A stretch of 64,000 nucleotides of DNA from Octopus vulgaris. Taxonomy: Eukaryota. Below the pieces are notes generated by a model that was not told the DNA's origin, did no database searches, and worked only from the letters and a program-made list of their open reading frames with translations. The position numbers and the translations under genes are program-made. Below are positions 50,262 to 63,080 of the stretch, piece by piece. Each line of letters starts with the position of its first letter. Within the stretch, counting starts at the first letter, position 1. The stretch lies in assembly GCA_951406725.2 (NCBI GenBank), contig OX597825.1, forward strand, positions 11,036,001 to 11,100,000, read 5' to 3'.

Positions 50262-50921
50262 AGTGTAGTGAGACAGGAAAGATCTGTTTCGTTACTGTGG
50301 CAGAGTTCAGTTGTGCTGTGGAAGATTCCAGCCAATCAGAGCTGGAAGTGTATGAATAAAACAGCAGTGATCTGCCTTAGCTGAAAGGAATTCACTACAG
50401 CAGGGAAGTGGCAGTTTCAAACCAGTTGCTGAAAAGACTGCCCAGAAACAACATCTCTTCTTCTGACATGCCACAATTTTTGTGTCCACCACTAACTGAG
50501 TGCAACTCACTTGAATGATATCAGCTACAACTCTGCTTCAAACTGAGCAGTACATTCTTGTTCTTAATCCTGCATCCATTTTCAGCACATCAAACACACA
50601 CTTCTGTCACAGCCACTTTCATGTCCCCCTTCTTGTTTATATCAATCATCTTGCAGTCTGCAGTGGGGTAGTGTAGTGAGACAGGAAAGATCTATTTTGT
50701 TACTGTGGCTTAGTTCAGTTGTGCTGTGGAGAGGATGTTGTTTCTGGGCAGTCTTTTCAGCAACTGGTTTGAAACTGCCACTTCCCTGCTGTAGTGAATT
50801 CCTTTCAGCTAAGGCAGATCACTGCCGTTTTATTCATATGCCTCCAGTTCTGATTGGCTGGAATCTTCCACAGCACAACTGAACTATGCCACAACAAAAT
50901 AGATCTTCCCTGTCACGCTGC
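50262..50921. mobile_element. Foldback/MITE with ~195-bp inverted arms and a duplicated terminus
   Basis: 50262-50457 is inverted at 50730-50921. 50262-50321 is also directly repeated at 50670-50730. Confidence 0.8.
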
Positions 50922-52344
50922 AGTTTTGTAAAATCTAAAAAAATATTTTGATTACAAAAAAAAGAAATCTGTACCCTTTTTTAACCATTCAATGACTTAT
51001 CATGATTGTTTTACAACACAAAAGAAATCTATATTATCCTGCTTAATGTTACTATATATTTTGCTCATATTGATAATGAATTTATTCATTATTGACATGA
51101 AATTGAAAGACATGATAAAAATATTTTGCAGTTTAAGTTTAGTCAACTACAATACAAACTAAAAGTATTCATTGATAATACTTTCACAGTAGGTTATCAC
51201 CTGAAATTCAGAATTTTTTTTCATGCCTTCCAGTATCAGGATAATGTCATAGATTTTTTTTTATGATGGACAATGATTATGAGCAAATTATTGAATGGAT
51301 TAAAAGGTTTGAACTTCTTATTTTTATGAGTAAATTTTTTTAATAAAAAACAATTTAGTATAATCACAATCTACACATTTCAAAATGTATCTGCAAACTT
51401 TAATAAAAATTATTTATTATTAAGAAAGTTATAAAAACAAAACATCTGTAGAGAGTGAGGTGCATCAACTGTAGAATGTGGAATGGAAATTCCAGCATCT
51501 TCTTTGAGAGAAATTGAATTATGTATTTCTTAATGACAATGTGCTAACAGCAGGAGATAAATTAAATCTGTGGTATAACAGTTGATTTATATTATGTATA
51601 ATTTCATTCACACCTGAGAAGATAAAAACTGTTTTATTTTTGAATTTTATTATTCACAAATGAAGACTGATGGGCCTGTTTATTATACACCAAGAATACA
51701 TTCATAAATTCCCATTTAGTGTTTCTTTGTAGTATTGCCCTCACTGTGATAATGTCCAAAACTTTTTTTTGATTTTAATTATGTCACTGAAATTTTTATG
51801 AATATACTTCTATTTTTTTGAAAAAAGAGAGAAAAAAACAACCTAAAGTAGTAGTTTTTTCTGTCTGACTTTGATTTAAAAGTCAATTTAAAATAATAAT
51901 GCCTTTAGGAAATATGATTGCATTATCAAAGTGATTTCAAGCAGTAGTATGGCATTAAATTAAGAAAGAAATGTTGTAACGAAATGTTGTCTCCTTTTGG
52001 GGGATCAATTTTCAGCCCATTATATTTTCTGCATAACTGGCTATATATGCAGGCACAGACAAACTTTATATACATATACACACAAGCATGTATATCATCT
52101 TCATCATACATTCATTTTCCATACAGGCGTAGGCTGGACAGTTTGACAGGAACTTGTGACTATGCCAAGCTCTGCTATCAGCTTTGGGCTTGTTTCTATG
52201 TCTGGAGGCTGGATGTCTTTCCTAACAACAATGTGACTTTCCTACTACTACAGTTTTCTTGCCTGAAGATTGTAGTGACATGAAACTGGAGTCACAAGAT
52301 AAACATAGTTTCAATAAACCATATTCTTTACAACTTATATTCTT

Positions 52345-52578
52345 TTATTCTCTTACTATTTTACTTGTTTCAGTCATTTGGCTGCAGCACCACCTTTAAT
52401 CGAGCAAATCAACCTCAGAACTTATTCTTTGTAAGCCTAGTACTTATTCTATCAGTCTCTTTTGACGAACTGCTAAGTTACATGGGCGTTAACGCAACAG
52501 CATCGGTTGTCAAGTGAAGTTGGTGGGGGGTGAATAAACACAGACACACACACATATATACATACATACATACACACA
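52345..52578 (-). mobile_element. SINE family A 3' half (split by Helitron)
   Basis: TACTTGTTTCAGTCATTTG...AAACACAGACACACAC, continuing at 54379. Confidence 0.85.
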
Positions 52579-54378
52579 TCTTAATATATAAAATCTGTTC
52601 CGTCTGTCTGTCTGTGCACTTATAACTCAAGTATTGTTCATCTGATTGCGCTGAAATTTTAAACATGGATACATGAGAGAGCTGGGCGTTCTGAAATCTA
52701 AAAAAATTTCCAAAATCGTTAGTATCAAGGTGAGAATTGCTATTTTTGTAATCCTTAATGTCCTGTTTGTTCCACCATTAAAACAACCAGTTGCTCAGAC
52801 AGCTGGCCTATATCATTTCACCAGCAACAAGGGGAGTACAGGATGCCAGTCAGCCAAAAACGTTGCTGTGCTGTCTCTCTTCTTTCCTCTCTCTGTGGGG
52901 TTAATAATCTTAATCTTTAGTTACAGTTTCTCATTCAAACTACATAATAGGCAGAATTGTCAGATTAAGACAGTAGGTTGTTTTGAGGGAGATTTGGCTG
53001 CTATTTCTACCAGGTCTTATGCCTGTATGATGTAACATACTGTCCTATATATTATATATTCCTTATGCTTTCCAAAACTTAGTTACAGATTTTGGTGTAA
53101 GGGGTATCATAAAAATTTTAAAAGGCATCAATCATCACGACACACACCTTCACTCACTCTATCTCTCTTTCTCACCCTCTTTCTCTCCCACATACACATG
53201 CGCAAGCATGCACACATGCACACACACACACACACACACACGTGCACGTCCATTTCATATAAACGTACATACATCTTTCACTTTCTTTCTCTGTTCTTTT
53301 CAGTTTATCTTCTTTCAATTTCTGCTCTCTTGAAATAAAATTTTCACGGATACAACTGCTTACAAAAATAGGGATTAATGTATAATTTCTTTCTATCTTG
53401 ATAATTTTTTGTTAACAATATTGGGAAAAATATGCCACCAAATAAAAGACGTAATCTCTCCAGAAACAAGTATAAAGCAAGGAGGATTGTGGAAAACCGA
53501 AGGCAGGAGTCTGGAGAGAGAAGCTAGATGAGATTTTCTCAACATCAGCAAATGCATGTTGCAGCACTTAATGCTGGATCATTAAATCAATGTTTTAATG
53601 ATTAGACAGAAGTCCAATAGAATAGCTCTCAGAAACAGACTATGTACAAATTCGTTCTTCACAACTCCTGAAGCTATTTTCAGATATGATCCATCCCATT
53701 CTTATAAAAATAATAACTCTGTCCAAATTGGTGTGCTAAACACAAATTGTCTTTTCTGTAGAGCTTTCAAATTTTCAAATGAAACAAATGGTATGTGCTG
53801 CTCAGGCAGTCAGGTAACATTGCCAGCAATATCAGCTCCTTCTCAACCTTTTAGGAATCTTCTAGAAGGCACTTCCATCCAGTCAAAGGATTTTGTGAAC
53901 AATATCAGACAATACAACTCTGCAAATGATATCATTTGGTGCATCTAAAAAGATAGATAAACATGAATTTATGACGTCAAAGTTCAAGGGCAAGTCTGTC
54001 ACCTCATTGGTTCCCTGTTACCCACAAATGAACAACCACAGTTCCTCTAAATTTACTTTGAGTGATGTAGGACAACAAACTCGAAAGAGGTGTCAACATT
54101 TCAGATGATGGGTCGTGTTAGACACAGCACTGACTGCTGCAAAAGAGTGTATATCCACTGACAGCTTCTCGGTGCATTCAAAAATCCCATAACCCTCACA
54201 GATTAGGGCCTGAAATACTCCAAACAGATGCATGGTATGTTGCTTAGTTGAATTAGCCCATCAAATGTTTTGTTGTCAATGCTGCACTTTCCCATATCAC
54301 CTGTTTCAACATAACTGTAATATATTATATACAAACTATGCCATTTTAATCCCAAGCAATGCCAGGTGTCTCTGCTAG
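52579..54378 (+). mobile_element. Internally deleted Helitron (1.8 kb)
   Basis: A|TC start at 52579, decayed hairpin CCCAAGCAATGCCAGG plus CTAG|T end at 54378, no TSD, and a RepHel fragment inside. Confidence 0.85.
53432..54105 (+). pseudogene. Helitron RepHel N-terminal fragment
   Basis: MPPK.KRRNLSR...FRYDP...IG.L...CLFCRAFKFSNETNGMCC.G.V.LP...NNIRQYNSA..M.SFGA...KVQGQVCHLIGSLLP...QFL.IYF, with frameshifts. Confidence 0.88.
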
Positions 54379-54552
54379 TATATATATATGATAGGCTTCA
54401 TTCAATTTCCATCTACCAAATCCACTCAAAAGGCTTTGGTCAGCCTGAGGCTATAGTAGAAAACACTTGCCCATGGTACCACGCAGTGGGACTGAACCGA
54501 GAACCATGTGGTTGGTAAGCAAGCTACTTACCACACAGCCACTCCTGCACCT
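54379..54552 (-). mobile_element. SINE family A 5' half (split by Helitron)
   Basis: ...GTGGGACTGAACC...TTACCACACAGCCACTCCTGCACC. Confidence 0.88.
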
Positions 54553-55028
54553 ATATCATTTCTATCATTTCTTTGACAAAATTCGAAGTTTGTGTGTGTA
54601 TGTGATGTTGTATACAAAAACAGTTTAATATCAAACTGAAGGATTATGCAATACTTTTTAGTAAAGTACATGTTTATTAATTTTTTACAAGGAAAAAGTT
54701 GATAATGACTTCGAAATTTCAGCCTACCAGCCATCATCACACAGTGGTTTACTTTGGTTTTTCTGTCTTATATGGTTTTTTGTAGTTGGTGGAATAATGT
54801 GAAAGAGAATTAGGTGTGGTGTAGGTAAACAGGAAAAGTGATTGTGTAGGAAAATGGAAGAATGGAGAAGGAGAGGTGGAAAATATATGCTTATAGGGTG
54901 TCGAGTGAAGAAAAGGGATGAAGGAAAAATGTTATTCCAGGACTGGAAGTAAAACCTGGAATCAAAAAGCCTTAAGCTTAACTTAGTAAAACCAGTGTTT
55001 TAGCAAGCAAGAAAACAGATGTAACTGT

Positions 55029-55396
55029 AGGCGCAGGAGTGGCTGTGTGGTAAGTAGCTTGCTTACCAACCACATGATTCTGGGTTCAGTTCCACTGCGG
55101 GGCATCTTGGGCAAGTGTCTTCTAATATAGCCGACCAATGCCTTGTGAGTGAATTTGTATGTGTGTGTATATGTTTGTGTGTCTGTGTTTGTCCCCCCCC
55201 TAGCATTGCTTGACAACCGATGCTGGTGTGTTTACGTCCCCGTCACTTAGCGGTTCGGCAAAAAAGACCGATAGAATAAGTACTGGGCTTACAAGGAATA
55301 AGTCCCGGGGTTGAGTTGCTCAACTAAAGGCGGTGCCCCAGCATGGCCGCAGTCAAATGACTGAAACAAGTAAAAGAGTAAAAGAGTAAAGAGAGA
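55029..55396 (+). mobile_element. SINE family A (internal deletions)
   Basis: Same head and tail as other copies. Confidence 0.92.
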
Positions 55397-55745
55397 GTAC
55401 TCCCTTCAAGAAAATTACCCTGCTTGATATGTAAAGAAACTGAAAATAGAAATGCCAAGTAGTGTACTACTGACATGTAAGAAGTGCAGTGGAATCATGG
55501 GAAAGTTTACATAGAAAGTATTCATTGTATGCGGCTGATACACAGGAGCAATAAACACTACAAACACATGAAAATAGATTTTCTTTAATGCTGAGGATTA
55601 AAGAAAATCTTTAGAAGGGTCCTTAGAGATTGTAAATAGTTTCTATTACCTAGGTGATGTAATTAGCAGCTAAGGATGATGTTCTGAAAGTATAGTCGTA
55701 AGAAAATGAACTAGCCTGAGAAAGTTCAGAGATCCTCTTGTTATG
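55397..55745 (+). mobile_element. RTE-type LINE fragment, highly decayed
   Basis: LEIVNSFYYLGDVIS at ~55622-55668. Related to 31380-31725. Confidence 0.55.
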
Positions 55746-56962
55746 ACTAATGTCTCCTGTTTTTGAGTAAATCATTGTCATTCACAGGGATTTTAGAGAT
55801 AGCTTTTATTTCCATAACTGGCAGTAATCTGTGAGAAGGGTGCTGAAGATGATCTGTTTTGAAATATGTTTTAAAGAGAAACAGTGTTTAAAGAGATTGT
55901 ATGCAAAAGTGATGATATGCTACTGCTGATGCATAATTACTTCATCAATTGATATCAGTCAAATTAATAGAATACTTGAGATGTTAATGGAAGTGGCTTG
56001 GACTAGTAGTGATAGCTAAAAAAAAAAAACGATTTACGCAGATGTAAAACTTTTTTTTTTTTTTACTTTCTGTTTGCTTTTTATGATGTTTTCCAACAAG
56101 CCAATCACTGATTAACTGCTTTTATAATGGGGAGTTTGATAGAGGAACATTTGTGCAATTTGAATGAAAAACTACCACATAAATTATTTTTGTTTAAAAG
56201 CGCTGTTTTTACTGTAGTTTACATTTCTGCTATGAAGTTTCCTAACTTGCATTATCATAGTAGTGTTCTTGCCAAAGCCTTGTTGCTGTAGTTTGGGCTC
56301 AGGTCAGTCATGGTTGAGTAAATCTGTGCTTCAGGGCATTCAAACCATGACAATTCAGTTGTTGCTAAAGATATATGTAAATGAGAAAAAGACAGTTACA
56401 AGATTAAAAACTTTTTACAGCCCTCATAATTTGTATAATTTTACTTTGTTATATTTTAATTTTTTGTTATTGTTACATGCAGGCCAACCATCTGTTTACA
56501 CAGATCTCAGATAAAAAATATTATTCTTTCATATTTATGTTCATTTTATATTTATGAATGGGATGGGCTAATAGCTGTGAATACTAAATCGTGTCCTGGT
56601 GAAGAATTTATCACTCAGTATAATCTTATCTATCAGAATAAGAGTTATACAAACCCAGAAGCACAGAAACTGATAAAAGATACGGAAAATGAAAGATCCC
56701 TCAGTCAAATACAGATTCAAAGAAGTACCTGATGATATGTATGTCAAAATGGAGGAGAAGGAGATCTATAGTACTGAAGGTAATTGGGAGATTAAATGAA
56801 ATAACCTACCATGAACTCCAGAATAGATGTGTAGATGGAGTAAGAAGGTGACATGGTGGTAATATAATTCTGTAGACAAAGATGTGAAAACTAAAAGGCA
56901 GTGATTTGTCTGTAAGAATAAGGTCATCAGTGTAGAGGAGCTACCATATAATTATATACATA

Positions 56963-57168
56963 TGTGCTGGTGCTATGCAAAAAGTACCTATTCTGGTGCT
57001 ATGTAAAAAGAACCCAGTACAAAAGTGATAGGCATTAGGAAGGGCACCCAACCATAAAATCCATGCCAAAGCACAATTAGAGCCTGGTACAGCTCTCCTG
57101 TTTTCCAGCTCCTGTCAAACCATTCAGTTCATGACAGCATGGAAAACAGATGTTAAATGATGATGATT
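56963..57168 (+). mobile_element. Family C retroposon, degenerate
   Basis: GGCATTAGGAAGGGCA...AGCATGGAAAACAGATGTTAAA(TGA)n. Confidence 0.75.
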
Positions 57169-57664
57169 GCAGTTATAGCCCTTACTAGCTTTTAGATTTT
57201 TTTTATTTAGTATTGATTGCTTCAATAATCTCAGTTGATCAAATTTTTCAGTTCACTATATCACTTTATTAAATTGATGGTGCTAGCAAACAAGTGGATG
57301 TCCTTATAAACACACACCAATGATTGGTTATTATGTTAGAAATTTTTTTTATAGATTAAGTCAGTGGCTCATGAAGAAACTGTTGATGAAATAAGGGATA
57401 CCTATTGATTTTTTTTTTTCTAAGTAACTACTGTAGTGTTGTAATTTATGGATAATTAGTGCAGAGTTATTGTTATATCGTTGGTGTGACTATGTTGAAG
57501 AAATGAAAGTGCTAGGAGTTATATTTATTAATATATTTTTGTTAATTTGATTATTTCTGTGGTTTGATAAAACTGACTTTCAAAAATTGTCTTAAGGTTG
57601 TTTTTGTGTATCTGTACATGAAACCCTAAATAGACTTATTGAATCGTTATTATTGTTATTATAT

Positions 57665-57826
57665 CAATGCCCTCTCCTTGTTTCTCTCCTTGTGTTTTCT
57701 GTGTCCCTTTCTGTAGAAGAGCATAGGCTCGAAACGTAAAAGACTTTTTCTTTTCCTGAGCATTATACTAATACATCTGTTTGTTTTGTACACCACCTGT
57801 CTTTGTCTTTTGTTTTTTTTCATAAA

Positions 57827-57830
<4 letters not shown>
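57665..57830 (+). mobile_element. Hammerhead-bearing short element ending in (CT)n(AT)n
   Basis: Hammerhead followed by CCTGAGC..TAATAC and a T-rich tail, as in 19092-19312 and 40058-40240. Confidence 0.7.
57707..57742 (+). ncRNA. Minimal type-I hammerhead ribozyme (CTGTAGA core)
   Basis: CTTT CTGTAGA AGAGC atag GCTC GAAA CG TA AAAG. Confidence 0.7.
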
Positions 57831-57880
<50 letters not shown>

Positions 57881-58717
57881 GTTTGGCTACTTCTATAGCT
57901 TGTAAACAATTTTGATATGTTAAGTAGAATTTTATAACTTTCAGTATGTATCTTTGAATGAATTTATTTATTAGTGACAGGGTTTTATTTGAGTTACTTG
58001 TTTTTATAGAGTTGTATAAATAATAATTTATTTTATATCACATTTTGTGGACAGCAATGTTATTGGACCAGTCACTAGTTCACTGCAGTTAGTGACAAGG
58101 GTCCATCTTTCAAAAGTATTGGTTTTTATCAGTTTACTTGATAATGTTTTTGCTACCAGTGTATACTAGTGGAAAATAAACATACACACACATGTTGTGT
58201 GTATGTCTATACAATGAAACTATGAAGAAACTAAAAGAAGATTCAATATTTGTATAGAGAAGATGTTTAATATGTTGGTCATAATACAATTTAGTCTTTC
58301 ATTGCTTCAAATTTCATATCTTTAAGCTGATTGGATGAGATTGCAGCATCAGAATACTGAACTCTGCAGGTTTCTGCACAATTTCCATTTACCATATTCC
58401 ACTCATAAATCATAGCTTGAATAGAAGACACTTACCCAAGGTGCCATGCATTGCACTAAACCCAGCATCACATGGCGATGAACCAAACTTCTTAATGATG
58501 CATTTCTATATCTGCTCAAAGGAATTTTTTAAAAAATTATCTTTCTTTACCTAAATATTAAATTTAAAGATTATGTTGACTTTCTTTCTTTACCAGTCTA
58601 TTTTCAATCTAATTTGGGAAAAACATAATTGCTGTCCCTTAATTTACTTGTTTATGTCCTCCTTTCCTACTTGTTTATGCCCTTCTTTCTTAACTGAAAA
58701 TGTAATTGCTGACATGT

Positions 58718-59048
58718 AATGGCTTAGTGGTTAGAGTGTCGAGCTTACGATCGTGAGGTTGTGAGCTCGAATCCCGGACCGGGCTGCGTGTTGTGTTCTT
58801 GAGCAAGACACTTTATTTCACGTTGCTCCAGTTCACTCAGCTGTAGAAATGAGTTGCGACATCACAGGTGCCAAGCTGTATCGGCCCCTTCGCCTTTCCC
58901 TTGGATAAGACTGGTGACGTGGAGAGGGGAGGCCGGTATGCATGGGCGTCTGCTGGTCTTCCATAAAACAACCTTGCCCAGACTTGTGCCTCAGAGGGTA
59001 ACTTTCTAGGTGCAATCCCATGGCCAGTGTCAGACCGAAGGGAGTCTC
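58718..59048 (+). mobile_element. tRNA-derived SINE, family D
   Basis: TGGCTTAGTGGTTAGAG (A box), GAGCTCGAATCCC (B box), ending in (CA)n. Confidence 0.9.
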
Positions 59049-59529
59049 ACACACACACACACACACAATTGCTGACATGAACTGTTGATTGGTGTCAATT
59101 TCTTTTCTCATCCATATATTTATGACCACACTAACTTTAACCTTCCTCTGTGCATTTGGCTGCATGTATGTATGTTATGTATGCATGTTTCCTTGGGATT
59201 TATTTAAATTTTTCTTCACAGGTTTCAAGCTGGTCACTAACAAAGTGACAAGCTTCATCACCATGACAGCTCCAGGGATTTGTGAATATTTAAACATGGG
59301 TTCTTGCATGCATATACCTGTGTGTGTGTGTGTGTGTGTGTTGTTATTTTATTGGTATTTCTGTACTTGTGAATGTACTTACACTCCTGTCTCTTTTATG
59401 CTTTTATGTATGTGCATGTATGTGTGTGTATGTATGCTATATGCACACATCATGATGTGCATATCTTCATTCGGATAAAAATGTCTTGGAATATTTTTGT
59501 AAAAATCTACACCATATCATTAATTGATT

Positions 59530-59880
59530 ATTAATGGAAATTGTAGTTGTGATATCAGTGCTGGTGGCACGTTAAAAGCACCATCTGTTCGTGGCCTATG
59601 CCAGCGCCACTTGACTGGCTTCTGTGCCGGTGGCACATAAAAAACACCAACCAATCGTGGCCATTGCCAGCCTCCCCTGGCACCTATGCCAGTGGCATGC
59701 AAAAAGCACCCACTACACTCACGGAGTGGTTGGCGTTAGGAAGGGCATCCAGCCGTAGAAACACTGCCAGATCAGACTGGAGCCTGGTGCAGCTTCCTGG
59801 CTTTCCAGACCCTGGTCAAACCGTCCAACCCATCCTAGCATGGAAAATGGACATTAAACGATGATGATGATGATGATGAT
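59530..59880 (+). mobile_element. Family C retroposon
   Basis: Collinear with 3215-3581, with a (GAT)n tail. Confidence 0.88.
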
Positions 59881-60011
59881 GTGAATGAGTTTTGTTCTTG
59901 AAAAACCTTAACATTTCCAGTATTTTATGTAAATCTCTTGATATAACTAGGAAGCAAGAGCCATATATGTTCTATGTAAGTGATGGATAGATGGATGGAT
60001 GAATGGATTGG

Positions 60012-60045
<34 letters not shown>

Positions 60046-61167
60046 CTGCTCATGATCAAAGTTATTAATTTGTCACCTGGAGAAATGGAAAAAAACTATG
60101 ATCTGTCAGGCATTTGTCCTTCTTCAGGATATGGTTATGTAATGGAACAGCAAAAGGAAAGTTAAGGAAAACCTATCTACTTGGTACAAAGGACTGACTG
60201 GAAGTAGGAAATGGTTGAGTATGACTTTCAGAAACAGAGGAGTGGATGAAAAATTGTAGGTGTGTCTGTGGGTATATTAGTGTATGTGTGAAGGGTGTGG
60301 AAAACTTGTCATCTGCTTGTGTGAATGTGTGAGACTTTTTTGTGTTATGAGTGTGTGTATGTGTGTGTGTGTGTTTGTTTATACATGTCTGTTATTATCA
60401 GTACATGTCTGTTATTAATACATTTGTGGACATGTATACATGTGTTATATTGTGTTGTGACTGTGTGTAAGTGGTGTGTAGACATGTTTCTTATGATATA
60501 AATATTGCTTGGGTATCTGTGCACTTTGCTTGATCATGTGTGCATGCATGTGGGCATGTGTATTAGTTGCATTATATTATGTTAAGTAGTTATGTGAAAA
60601 TGTGTATGTACATAGATAAGTTAGTGTGTGTATGTGTATATTTTGCAGTGCGCATAATGTGGTGTGTTTTTGTGTGTGGAGGGGGGGTTGAAGGAGGTAT
60701 TAAGATATTTGTGGAGATTTTTTTTGTTGTGCATATGTGACATCAGGTTGAGTGTGTGTGAGACATGAGGGTGTGTGCATGTGTGTGTATGTTGCCAGGG
60801 TGTGTTAGTGGAAGTGTTAAAGAGGATGAGAGGTACATTGAAGCTGAAGAAAGCTTTTTCATGAAGGGAATTTCAGTTCATTTTTGTTGAGGATCTTTTT
60901 GAATTGGTTTCCACTGAGCCTTATGGAAATTTAGGCTAGGCAGAGTTTGAGTATTCTTTGTGAGATACATAGCAATAATTCTTAAATTGTCAATTCATTT
61001 ATGTTATGGTGAGAGAAAATGATAGGCATTATCTTCACATTATAAGTGAGACCTTGTTATTTGTGAAGCAGAGAGCTAAAGCATTCTTGTCTCTGGCTGG
61101 ATGTTTGGTACTCAAGAGAAGTACATTATTAAGTTGAGGTAGTTTAATATTTCTATTTTTCTTTAAG

Positions 61168-61565
61168 ATGGTGAGCTAGCAGAATCATTAGCATATCAGA
61201 CAAAATGCTTAGCGGTATTTTGTCTGCCGCTACGTTCTGAGTTCAAATTCCGCTGAGGTCGACTTTGCCTTTCATCCTCTCGGGGTCGATTAAATAAGTA
61301 CCAGTTACACACTGGGGTCGATATAATCGACTTGATCCATTTGTCTGTCCTTGTTTGTCCTCTCTGTGTTTAGCCCCTTGTGGGTAATAAAGAAATAGGT
61401 ATTTTGTCTGTCTTTATGTTCTGAGTTCAAATTCTGCTGAGGTCAACTTTGCCCTTCATCCTTTAGGGATCAATAAAATAAGTACCAATTGAGCAGTGGG
61501 GTCAATGTAATTGGCTTACCATCTACCCTGAACTTGCTGGCCTTGTACCAAAATTTGAAACCCAT
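61168..61565 (+). mobile_element. SINE family B with tandem second (diverged) unit
   Basis: 61168-61397 matches 2897-3127. GGTATTTTGTCTG...GTTCTGAGTTCAAATTC restarts at 61398. Confidence 0.88.
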
Positions 61566-62564
61566 ATTTCTATCTTTCTGAGGCTTTTTCGGATTTTCTA
61601 TCCTGATTTGAGGCATCTGCAAATGAATGATATGTGGTACAAGTAACTACATCAAGTTGCTTCACATATGCTATAAGCATGCTACAAGACATATTTGTGT
61701 TTTGATACTAGAACTACAGGTGCGACATCTTTGTGGCTGTACATGACAATTCACCATGATTTCATTGTTTCCTGTCAATATGAAAGATAACATAATTTGA
61801 TATGTGCACTTCTACATCTATTATGTTTGTTGTTAGCTGGAAACGCCATGCCAGTGTTTGGTTTATATGTGGCAAGATCTCTTCAGTGGAGAATTTTAAT
61901 TATGTTACTAAACTGTAACAGAGCAGAGAATCGATGTGACGTTAGGATTAGTTTTTCTGATGGTCATCTTGGGTTTTATTATTAGTCATAACTTGTATGT
62001 TGATGTAAGTAATTTTGTATCTTTTGACTACCGTTACTGTAATTTAACATATCAACATCACATTTACTATGGCTTTCAAGTTTATTGTTTCATTTATAAA
62101 AGCATTTGTTGTTTAAAATTCTTTTAGAAATAAGACCCTTTGATGATTGTTTCATTTTCTTTTAATATCTTTGTAGGGCAAGGTAAAAAGTGTTGAACAT
62201 TATGATTAGAAAACATTCTCTTTTATAAATTTTATTCACATCAGTACACACAGAATGTGTTCTCAGACTGAAGCATTTGGCTCAGATAATTTATGTTTAA
62301 TATTGACTTTATATCCCCTGTTCCTTTGGTCTGTCAATATTTGTGAGAAGGTATAATAAAATATCAATTCTTATGATGAAATTGTTTGCTCTGGACATTG
62401 ATTTTATTCAGGTATTTTGTTTGGTTGTCTGTTGATTTATTGATAAGATGTAAGTTACATCAAAGTTGTTTTACATCTTTACAAGCTCATTGTTATCTAT
62501 TTTTAATGATAAAATTAAATACTGGAAAGATACTTGAGTGTTAAGAATTTTTGTGGTTACTGTA

Positions 62565-62597
<33 letters not shown>

Positions 62598-62776
62598 GCG
62601 ATCACTTAATTGTTCATAAGTCAGTAAAAAAAAAAAGGACACTCAGTACGAGTAACAGAGAGCTTCAGGTAAGCATATCTCTGGAGTCATCAATATTACC
62701 AAGTGCAATAGTCATTGTGAAACTGATGGTAATATCCTGAACAGTTGTATGGTATGAATAGCAATATTCTGCTCAA

Positions 62777-62883
62777 CTATGTATGTATGTATGTATGTAT
62801 GTATATATGTGTGTATGTATGTATGTATGTATGTGTGTGTATGTGTATGTATGTATGTGTGTGTATGTGTGTGTATGTATGTA

Positions 62884-62923
<40 letters not shown>

Positions 62924-63080
62924 TGTGTATGTATGTGTGTGTATGTATGTATGTATGTGTATGTATGTATGTGTGTATGTATGTATGTGTGTGTGTGTAT
63001 GTATGTATGTATGTATGTATGTATGTATGTATGTATGTATGTGTGTATGTATGTGTATGTATGTATGTATGTATGTATGA
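62777..63080. repeat. (TATG)n/(TG)n compound microsatellite
   Basis: Direct inspection. Confidence 0.95.

Noticed and set aside
50307-50882. Two similar Cys-rich ORFs (CCFWAVFSATGLKLPLPCC) as paralogous peptides
   Set aside because: They arise from the inverted arms of one foldback, with no start or splice support.
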